DNA from: Candidatus Micrarchaeia archaeon
GTDB lineage: Archaea > Micrarchaeota > Micrarchaeia > Anstonellales > Anstonellaceae
Direction of reading: 5' to 3'
Assembly: GCA_041659465.1 (NCBI GenBank)
Contig: JBAZYD010000002.1
Location: 30,253-94,252, forward strand
Length of the DNA stretch: 64,000 nt
Shown here piece by piece: positions 26,444 through 33,991 of this stretch; position 1 is the stretch's first letter, and each line of letters starts with the position of its first letter. The position numbers and the translations under genes were made by a program. The notes beneath the pieces were generated by a model that was given only the letters and a program-made list of their open reading frames with translations, had not been told where the DNA came from and searched no databases.

Positions 26444-27610
26444 CTACAGCGCAAGCAATATCGACGGCACAATGATGAGCCCCATCACGTGCGTCCTTCT
26501 CACGCCAAGCAACGGAGGCAGCAGCCCCACTGCGGTTGCAGTGGCAAACAGAAGCAATCCCTCCCCTCCTGAAATTATCGCAACCGCTGCCACGAGGTAG
26601 GCAAGCACTCCAAGATTCAGCGCGCGCGTGTCGAACGAGGAAAGCGCGGAGGCGTGGCGGGACAGCCTCATGAGAAGGAATGCGCTTATGCCTGCGGAAA
26701 GGAGGAGAACGCCAAGCAAAACGGGCAAATCCCCCGCAGTCACAGGTTTCACCTCATTAATGATAGCAAGCGCGCCCTCGCGCGCCTTGCCAATGGAAAG
26801 AAGGGAGGAAAAGGCGAACACAGCATGCGATGCCGCAATGGAGGAGACGAGCGCAAGGAACTTGCGCGCATCATCCGTTGCAAAAACAGCAGAGGCAAAC
26901 ACCGCAATCTGCGCAGGCGCGGCAAGGCCCGGGAGCAAGTCGGACAGCATGCCGAAAACCACTCCTGCCGCAACGTATGGCAAAAAGTCAAGCTCCGTCC
27001 TTTCGCTTCTCTGCAAAGGCAGGCGCGTGCGCGAAGTGAATGAGAGAAGGATGCCACTTGCCGCGAACAGGCCTGAGAATGCCGGGAACAGCGGGTCGTT
27101 TATCGCACCGCGGAGCGTGGCAATGCCAAGCGCGCCGGAAAGCAGGAAAACGAATGCCGCAATTGCAATTTTCCCGCGCTCCTTCTCGGACAGCAGCAGA
27201 AAAAGCGAGGCGGCAGCAAGCACGAGGGCCATCTGGGGCTCAATGAACGCATAGGCAACTGGCAGGACGACAAGCGCAACAGGGATGAGCAGCACCGACG
27301 CGCCTGCCCCGGCAAGCGTGGAAAATGCGCACACAGCGACGGCTTCCCTGCCCCTTCCCGCAAGCGCAAGGCGGTGACCTGGCAGCACGGATGCAACTAC
27401 AGTGTCATCCGGTATGGAGAGAAATATTGACGGAAGAAACTGGAAAAGAAGGTGCGCGCCCACCACTGCCACCACGGCAAGTGAAAGCGCCTCGGGCGGG
27501 ATGGGCAAGGTGGCAAGCACCGATGACACTGTGTTTGAGTGGATGCCCGGCAGCAGGCCTGAGAAAATGCCAAGAAGAAGCCCTCCAACAATTGCGATTG
27601 CGGCAATCAC
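26444..27610 (-). CDS. TctA/DUF112-like polytopic membrane protein
   Basis: N-terminal GLLPGIHSNT motif and ~10 hydrophobic helices. Confidence 0.65.
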   Translation of the reverse strand: MIAAIAIVGGLLLGIFSGLLPGIHSNTVSSVLATLPIPPEALSLAVVAVVGAHLLFQFLPSIFLSIPDDTVVASVLPGHRLALAGRGREAVAVCAFSTLAGAGASVLLIPVALVVLPVAYAFIEPQMALVLAAASLFLLLSEKERGKIAIAAFVFLLSGALGIATLRGAINDPLFPAFSGLFAASGILLSFTSRTRLPLQRSERTELDFLPYVAAGVVFGMLSDLLPGLAAPAQIAVFASAVFATDDARKFLALVSSIAASHAVFAFSSLLSIGKAREGALAIINEVKPVTAGDLPVLLGVLLLSAGISAFLLMRLSRHASALSSFDTRALNLGVLAYLVAAVAIISGGEGLLLFATATAVGLLPPLLGVRRTHVMGLIIVPSILLAL

Positions 27611-27658
27611 ACCATCATCTTCATTGGCAGCTGCTTCCCAGCCGCCAATCCATCGTTC

Positions 27659-27997
27659 TCATCCCACGTCTATCCTTTCCGCCTCGAAATACCTGCTTCC
27701 CTTGTACTCCTTCACCCTGCCAAGCACGCGCAAATCGCTGCCATCTGATACCAGCTGCGCGGAAACAAGCCCGCCCTTCTTCATGCTGATGCAAAGCCCG
27801 CGCTGGCAGAGGTAGAACTTGTCCGCAGTGACATTTGCAGCCTCGCCGCTTATCTCAAGGTAGGAATTCGCAGGCGCCACCAGCGCCTCTGCAACCGAAG
27901 ATTCGCGCGGGGTCTCGGACAGGAAGAAAAGGAAGGCTATGCCTGTCACTGCGAAAACGGCAGCGGCAAGCGCGATTTTCCCCTCATCCAGCTCCAT
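27659..27997 (-). CDS. membrane-anchored OB-fold-like protein
   Basis: One N-terminal TM (IALAAAVFAVTGIAFLFF) followed by a beta-rich ~80-aa domain. The ATG closely follows the TATA-like ATTTAAAACAGTATAC. Confidence 0.45.
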   Translation of the reverse strand: MELDEGKIALAAAVFAVTGIAFLFFLSETPRESSVAEALVAPANSYLEISGEAANVTADKFYLCQRGLCISMKKGGLVSAQLVSDGSDLRVLGRVKEYKGSRYFEAERIDVG

Positions 27998-28036
27998 AGT
28001 GTATACTGTTTTAAATCGCAATATTAAAATCCCATC

Positions 28037-29299
28037 ATGTCGCTTCTGGTAAAGGGTGCAACGCTGCTTTCAGGCAAGCGCGCGGACATTCTAATCGAGG
28101 GCAACAGCATTGCCAAAATTGCCCCATCCATAACGGCGCGCGCAGAGGAGAAAATAGACGCAAGCGGCAAAATTGCGCTTCCCGGGCTTGTCAACACACA
28201 CACGCACGCGGCAATGACTCTGTTCCGCGGCATAGGCGAGGATGCTGTGCTTCCTGAGTGGCTGTCCGCAGTGCGCGCGCTCGAAGTGAAAGTAACTCCC
28301 TCGCAAATCCGCGCAGGAAGCTTGCTTGCCGCTGCTGAAATGATAAAGAGCGGCACCACCTGCTTCAATGACATGTACTTCCATATGGACGAGGTTGCAG
28401 CGGCTGTTAAGGAAAGCGGCATGCGCGCGGTGCTTGGCTACTCCACCGTGGACATGGGAGACGAGAAGAAAAGGAAGAGCGAACTTTCGATTTGCGAGCA
28501 ATTCATAAAGGACTGGCATGGAAAAGCTGACGGGCGCATCGGCGCATCAGTGCCGCCGCACTCAATCTATCTGTGCTCCAAGGAGCTTCTTGTGGCAAGC
28601 GAGGCAATGAGCAAGAAATACAACGTGCCGCTCCACATCCATCTTTCCGAGACGCGCAAGGAAGTGTTTGACTGCCTCTCCCTCCACAAGCTCCGTCCAG
28701 TTCCCTATCTTGATTCACTCGGCCTTCTATCTTCGTGCACAGTCGCCGCGCACTGCGTATGGCTCACAAAAGAGGAAGTGCGCCTGCTCGCGCAGCGCAA
28801 AGTGTCCGCCTCGCTGAATCCTGTCTCCAACATGAAGCTAGCTGGCGGCGCAGTCGCGCCTTTGCCTGAGATGCAGCAGTTCGGCATGAATATTTCACTG
28901 GGCACGGACGGAAGCGCAAGCAACGACTCGCTTTCCATGTTTGAGACAATGAAGTTCCTGGCGCTCTCAGTGAAGAACGCGCGCTGGGACGCAACTGCTG
29001 CAGCCGCGCCCCAGGTGCTTTCAGCTGCAACAGAAGGAGGGGCGCGTGCGCTTGGCATCAACGCAGGCGCCATTGCTGAAGGCAAGCTTGCCGACATCAT
29101 ACTCATCGACGCGCGCGCGCCAAACATGGCGCCGCTGCACAACGTTTCCGCAAACCTCGTCTACTCCGCGCACGCAGGAAACGTCACCGATAGCATCATC
29201 AATGGGAAGGTGGTGATGAGAAACAGGAAGCTGCTTTTGCTCGACGAGGAAAACGTCGTGGAGCGCGCGCAGAAAGAGGCGGAGAAGCTGGCAGCGTGA
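28037..29299 (+). CDS. mtaD: amidohydrolase, 5-methylthioadenosine/S-adenosylhomocysteine deaminase-like
   Basis: GLVNTHTHAAMTLFRG metal-binding motif, HLSET, and GTDG near the C-terminal part. Confidence 0.8.
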   Translation: MSLLVKGATLLSGKRADILIEGNSIAKIAPSITARAEEKIDASGKIALPGLVNTHTHAAMTLFRGIGEDAVLPEWLSAVRALEVKVTPSQIRAGSLLAAAEMIKSGTTCFNDMYFHMDEVAAAVKESGMRAVLGYSTVDMGDEKKRKSELSICEQFIKDWHGKADGRIGASVPPHSIYLCSKELLVASEAMSKKYNVPLHIHLSETRKEVFDCLSLHKLRPVPYLDSLGLLSSCTVAAHCVWLTKEEVRLLAQRKVSASLNPVSNMKLAGGAVAPLPEMQQFGMNISLGTDGSASNDSLSMFETMKFLALSVKNARWDATAAAAPQVLSAATEGGARALGINAGAIAEGKLADIILIDARAPNMAPLHNVSANLVYSAHAGNVTDSIINGKVVMRNRKLLLLDEENVVERAQKEAEKLAA

Positions 29300-29374
29300 G
29301 GCGCGCGGGCGTTTTCAGGCAAACCCTTATATTAACTTCATGTTAATACCATATTAATATCAAGTATATTGGGT

Positions 29375-29544
29375 CAACAACCCAAGCCTAAAGGCTTGGG
29401 CTTGCTGACGGATGATGGAAGCTGCATGCGAAAGATAAGCAAGCCTTTACCCATGCCCGAAGGGCACCTGCTTTTTGCCCGCGGGCAAAAAGGGGTCCCT
29501 TTGCGCGTAGCGCAAAGAGGATGGGCTTCGGGCTTGGGTTGTTG
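29375..29544 (+). other. ~170-nt multi-hairpin element (candidate ncRNA, structured leader or MITE)
   Basis: Perfect 14-bp closing stem CAACAACCCAAGCC / GGCTTGGGTTGTTG (29375-88 / 29531-44) encloses four hairpins (29399-29445, 29454-29466, 29471-29492, 29499-29517). Confidence 0.45.
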
Positions 29545-29552
29545 GTGAAAAC

Positions 29553-29789
29553 ATGGTCCAGGCGATAATAAACATCAACGAAGGGACGAACAGGATACTG
29601 AACATAATCAAGGCGAAATACGGCCTGCGCGACAAGTCCCAGTCAATAGATGCGCTGGCAAGCGAGTATGCGCGCGCCATCCTTGAGCCTTCATTGCGCC
29701 CCGAGTATGTGCGAAAGGCAAGGAAGGTGATGAAGGAAAAGCCCATATTCATAGGTTCTGTCGATAGCCTCCGCAAGAGGTATGGATGA
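29553..29789 (+). CDS. antitoxin-like protein (DUF2683-type as recalled), TA pair 1
   Basis: MVQAIININEGTNRILNIIKAKYGLRDKSQSI. 4-nt overlap with the downstream RelE-like gene. Paralogue at 62835. Confidence 0.7.
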   Translation: MVQAIININEGTNRILNIIKAKYGLRDKSQSIDALASEYARAILEPSLRPEYVRKARKVMKEKPIFIGSVDSLRKRYG

Positions 29790-30055
29790 TGTACGCCCTC
29801 TCCATCTCGCCCACCATGGACAGGAAGCTCGGCAAGCTCTTCAAGAAAGACCGCAAGCGCTACGATATCATCATGGGCAAGGCGGACGAGATTGTGGAAA
29901 ACCCGCACCACTACAAGCCGCTTGGCGCGCCTCTCCACGGGTGGAGGCGCGTGCACATCGACTCGAATTTCGTGCTCACTTTTTCAATCGATGAAAAGAA
30001 CAAGACGGTGGTGCTTGAGGATTTCGACCACCATGACAAAATCTACAGAAATTGA
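29786..30055 (+). CDS. relE: RelE/ParE-superfamily toxin, TA pair 1
   Basis: 89 aa. ...WRRVHIDSNFVLTFSIDEKNKTVVLEDFDHHDKIY has a RelE-like C-terminal core. Confidence 0.7.
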   Translation: MMYALSISPTMDRKLGKLFKKDRKRYDIIMGKADEIVENPHHYKPLGAPLHGWRRVHIDSNFVLTFSIDEKNKTVVLEDFDHHDKIYRN

Positions 30056-30160
30056 TGGGCAGGAATTAGTCTTTTCCCTGCCTGGCGCAGGAAGAAGCGG
30101 TGAAGTTGGTTGGCTAATTTTGTGGTCTATTTTTAAGCCTTATGTAAAATAACCTACACT

Positions 30161-31273
30161 ATGCGCATAGTTCAGAATGGAAAGGTGTCAGTCTATCCAA
30201 CAAGCCTCCCGCCACGGGTGAAGCTGCACCACATGCTTTGCAAGGTGGAGGCGGACATTGATAGCCTGGGGAAGACTTACCGGAAGACTAACAGGCTGGA
30301 TTATCCGGCAGTGGATTCACTTTATCAGCGAACAGTTGAAGTGCGGGATGATTTCATATCCGCGCTGAAAGGCTGCGCCGCTCTCATACAGCCCAACACC
30401 GGCACAGACACCCCGTTTTTTCGCGTATACAAGCCTTTCCTGGAAAGCGTATATGAAAACGACCACACCGTGCTGCCCCAATTCAAGTATATGCAGATTT
30501 ATTTCTATTCTCTTGAATACCAGGTTTCCTCGGGGAAGGAGCGTGAAATGGGCCCGACCGGGGGCATGGCAGGCTTGTGGCGATTCATCGGCGAGCGGAC
30601 CGTGCACGCATCCGAGACAATCCGCAGCTACAACTGCATGCTTTCCGAAAGCCTGGACGAATCCATGAAAACTTTCAACCTTGAGCGGATGGTTCAGAGC
30701 ATCCTCAACATCCAAAAGACCAGTTTCATAGTAAATTATGTCAACAGCCATGGCGGCAAGAAAAACAACATGGAAATTTACCGAATGGCAAAAAGAAAAG
30801 TCAACAAGGACGCAACATTCACGAGCAGCTTCAATGGGCAAATCGAGGGCATCCGGTCCATTGTCTACCAGCTTCTCCATTTGCTGCTTTCCAACTCTTT
30901 CAAGGCGACCTTTGCCGCGGAATGGCACTCGCTCGGGCGCATCATCGCAGAGCGAACAGGACTGGCAGAATATTCCTCCCTGCCCGATTTGCCCCCTCCC
31001 AGAATCGCAGTGTCGGTGAGCGAGGCGCAGGGCGACAAAGTGGCCATCAGAATAGCTGACAACGGGATTGGGATGACGAATGCAAGGCTTTACCAGCTTC
31101 TTTCTGCGGAAAAGCCCTTCAGCGCCTTTAGCGCATATGCCATTTCCGGCGGAAGGTCAATGCAGGTTGTGCCTTACATGATGGATTATGTGGGCGACCT
31201 TCACGGCAGTTCCGCAATCGGCGAAGGCACCACATGGGAAATATTAATCCCTAAAAAGCAGGCTTTCAATTAG
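30161..31273 (+). CDS. orphan GHKL (HATPase_c) ATPase-domain protein
   Basis: N box LLLSNSFKAT, G1 IADNGIGM, G2-like ISGGRS, terminal GEGTTWEILIP. No recognisable DHp/H-box and no TM. Confidence 0.6.
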   Translation: MRIVQNGKVSVYPTSLPPRVKLHHMLCKVEADIDSLGKTYRKTNRLDYPAVDSLYQRTVEVRDDFISALKGCAALIQPNTGTDTPFFRVYKPFLESVYENDHTVLPQFKYMQIYFYSLEYQVSSGKEREMGPTGGMAGLWRFIGERTVHASETIRSYNCMLSESLDESMKTFNLERMVQSILNIQKTSFIVNYVNSHGGKKNNMEIYRMAKRKVNKDATFTSSFNGQIEGIRSIVYQLLHLLLSNSFKATFAAEWHSLGRIIAERTGLAEYSSLPDLPPPRIAVSVSEAQGDKVAIRIADNGIGMTNARLYQLLSAEKPFSAFSAYAISGGRSMQVVPYMMDYVGDLHGSSAIGEGTTWEILIPKKQAFN

Positions 31274-31298
31274 TTCCTTCTTTTCCTGCTCACACGCC

Positions 31299-32288
31299 TC
31301 AGCGCTTTTTCGCTTTCGTGTGCTTCAACGCCAATCTCGTGTGCCTCAGCGGTATTCCCGCCCCGAACTTTGCCACCACTTTTGTCGCAAGGTAGCAGCC
31401 TATTTTCGCGCTCGAGTATGGCGTGTAGCCGCGCGCGAGCCCATACAAGGTGCCTGCTGCGTATGCATCCCCCGCGCCAGTGGTATCAAGCACGCGCGCC
31501 TTGATTGCCTTGAGGTGGTACGCGCGCTTGTGGAGGTATAGCGTGGAGCCTTTTCCTCCGCGCTTGAGGTAAACCATCGCGCGCGGCTTTAGGCGCGCAA
31601 GCTTTTTTTCCGCGGCTGTGCCTGCTTTCGCGCCGAGCAGGGCGACAGCTTCGTCTTCATTGAGGAAAAGCACATCCGCGTACTTTTTCACAAGCGCGAG
31701 GAGCGTCTTCCTGTTCTTCTCCACCATGGGAGGGCTTTCAAGCGCAAGCGCGATTCTCTTCCCGCCTTTCCGGAACATCTCCATGTATGCGCGGCATGCG
31801 CGCGAGGCTGCCTGGCCGCCGCAAAGCGTGATTGAGGAAACATAGAGCATGCGCGCGTTTTTTGTCGCAATGCCGTCCACTTCATCGTAGCTTGTGGAAA
31901 CGCCAAGGTCCGCGCAGAATGTCCTTTGCTTGTCAGGGGTCACAAGCGCAAGGATTTTCCCGGTTGCCCCGCGCCTTTCCTGCAGGAAGTTTGCCACTCC
32001 GCACTCCTGCAAATTCGCGGCAAATTCCGCGCCTGCCCTGTCATCGCCCACTGCGCCTGCAAAGCCGCAAAAGCCGCCAAGCGCAGAAAACCCCTCGCAG
32101 GCATTGCGCGCATTGTCGCCTGGGTAGCGGTAGGTTATTTTTCTGCCGAGCCTGCGCTCAATCGCGGCAAGTTCTTTCGCGGAAAAGAAGTTCGTCGCCC
32201 CTTTGATGGCGCCAAGCGCGGAAAGCTCCCTCTCCGAAACGCGCGCAAACAGGTCGATGACCGGGGTGCCCACTGCAAAGAGGTCCAT
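31299..32288 (-). CDS. PfkB-family carbohydrate/nucleoside kinase
   Basis: DTTGAGDAYAAG signature near the C-terminus and an N-terminal GG dipeptide region. Confidence 0.8.
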   Translation of the reverse strand: MDLFAVGTPVIDLFARVSERELSALGAIKGATNFFSAKELAAIERRLGRKITYRYPGDNARNACEGFSALGGFCGFAGAVGDDRAGAEFAANLQECGVANFLQERRGATGKILALVTPDKQRTFCADLGVSTSYDEVDGIATKNARMLYVSSITLCGGQAASRACRAYMEMFRKGGKRIALALESPPMVEKNRKTLLALVKKYADVLFLNEDEAVALLGAKAGTAAEKKLARLKPRAMVYLKRGGKGSTLYLHKRAYHLKAIKARVLDTTGAGDAYAAGTLYGLARGYTPYSSAKIGCYLATKVVAKFGAGIPLRHTRLALKHTKAKKR

Positions 32289-32374
32289 GCCCCTATTGCT
32301 TCGCCAACCCTTTTAAATAATCTCGTCGAATACCGCTTGGTCTTAGCGGCGCGCACGGGCGCGGGGTGTTTCTC

Positions 32375-33889
32375 ATGGCTGATTTGAAAAAGCGTGTGCC
32401 TGAAAAGGAAGGCGTGCTCGACTCCTATGTATATGACAACGAGGGCATCCAGGTGCTCGCAAAGATATTCACCAAAAGCGGGGAATACGTGCCGCAGTAC
32501 GAGGTGAACGTGCGCGAGCTTTCCGAGGGCACGCGCCTTGTCCTCAACACCCTCAAGGGCGAGCTCATCACCACGGTGAAGCTTGACATCACCGACATCA
32601 TAGACCCGAAAAAGCGCGACGAGGTGAGGACCAAGTTCGAATCGCGCGCAAATTTCCTGCTTTCCAAGCACTTCCCCACTCTTTCCGAGGCCGACAAGAA
32701 GGTGCTCACCGCCTATCTTCTCCAGAACAGCCTGGGATTGGGCGACCTGGAGCCGCTCATGCACGACAATGCGCTTGAGGAGGTTGCAATAAACTCCTCC
32801 GCTGAGCCCGTGTGGGTCTACCACAAGAAATACGGCTGGTGCAAGACTAACGTGCACCTCAAGAACGAGGAGTCCATCTACGACATCTCGGCAATGATAG
32901 GGAGAAGGATAGGCAAGCAGATAAACACGCTCAACCCCGTGATGGACGCGCACCTGTCCTCCGGCGACCGTGTGAATGCCACCATGTTCCCCGTATCCAG
33001 TTTCGGCAACACCATCACCATCAGGAAATTCTCCAGGAACCCCTGGACGATACCGTACCTGATAGAGCTCAACTGCATCTCGCCGCAGGTGGCAGGGCTC
33101 ATCTGGCTCTGCATGCAAAACGAGCTGTCCCTTCTCGTCGCAGGAGGCACGGGCTCTGGAAAGACATCCTTCCTCAATGCCATCTCCTGCCTCATACCTG
33201 CAAACCAGCGCATCATTTCCATTGAGGACACGCGCGAACTGACGCTTCCCACCTTCCTGCAATGGGTGCCCATGGTGACGCGCGAGCCCAACGCCGAGGG
33301 CAAGGGCGAAATAACGATGCTCAATCTCCTGGTGAACTCGCTGCGCCAGAGGCCTGACAGGATAATCGTCGGGGAGGTCAGGAAGCAGCGCGAGGCCGAG
33401 ATACTTTTCGAGGCAATGCACACAGGCCACTCGGTCTACGCAACCCTGCACGCGGACAACGCAGCTGAGGCGGTGACACGGCTTACCACCCCTCCCATCT
33501 CAATGCCGCGCGAGTCGCTCTCCGCGCTTGCAGGCGTGGTGGTGCAGTTCCGCCACAGGCGCCTCAACATCCGCCGCACGCTCGAGTTCGCTGAGGTGCA
33601 GAAAGGCGGGGACATAAACTCGCTTTACCGCTGGGACGTAAAGACCGACAAGATTGCCGAAGTGGGCAAGATGGTCTCCCTCTCGGCCACGCTTTCCCTC
33701 TATGCAGGGCTCACCCAGCGCGAGATAGACTCGGACGTATCCGACAAGGCGAAGATTTTCTCCTGGATGGTGAAGAAGGGCTACAAGAGCGTGAACACCG
33801 TGGGGGCGCTGGTGTCGCAGTACTACATGAACCCCGACGCCGTGGTCTCGCTTGCAGCAAAGAACGCCGACTGGAGCGGGCCCGAGTAG
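32375..33889 (+). CDS. type IV pilus/archaellum-family secretion ATPase (PilB/FlaI/GspE-like)
   Basis: Walker A GGTGSGKTS, IEDTRE, Walker B RIIVGEVR, His box ATLHA. Confidence 0.85.
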   Translation: MADLKKRVPEKEGVLDSYVYDNEGIQVLAKIFTKSGEYVPQYEVNVRELSEGTRLVLNTLKGELITTVKLDITDIIDPKKRDEVRTKFESRANFLLSKHFPTLSEADKKVLTAYLLQNSLGLGDLEPLMHDNALEEVAINSSAEPVWVYHKKYGWCKTNVHLKNEESIYDISAMIGRRIGKQINTLNPVMDAHLSSGDRVNATMFPVSSFGNTITIRKFSRNPWTIPYLIELNCISPQVAGLIWLCMQNELSLLVAGGTGSGKTSFLNAISCLIPANQRIISIEDTRELTLPTFLQWVPMVTREPNAEGKGEITMLNLLVNSLRQRPDRIIVGEVRKQREAEILFEAMHTGHSVYATLHADNAAEAVTRLTTPPISMPRESLSALAGVVVQFRHRRLNIRRTLEFAEVQKGGDINSLYRWDVKTDKIAEVGKMVSLSATLSLYAGLTQREIDSDVSDKAKIFSWMVKKGYKSVNTVGALVSQYYMNPDAVVSLAAKNADWSGPE

Positions 33890-33991
33890 GCGCCGCGCAG
33901 GCCTGCACGGCAATCCAAACCGCGCGCCAGCAATCATGCGCTGCATGCCGCATAAAGTGCGGCGGTCCAATACCATTCCCCGGCTGATACA

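Noticed and set aside
29447-29956. 169-aa minus-strand ORF over the first TA pair
   Set aside because: It overlaps two plus-strand genes that have a conserved paralogous pair elsewhere in the window, and it runs into the structured element.
32135-33451. 438-aa minus-strand ORF opposite the pilus ATPase
   Set aside because: The plus strand encodes a complete Walker A/B and His-box secretion ATPase. The minus-strand product is low-complexity, and its 3' end overlaps the 5' end of the convergent pfkB gene on the same strand.
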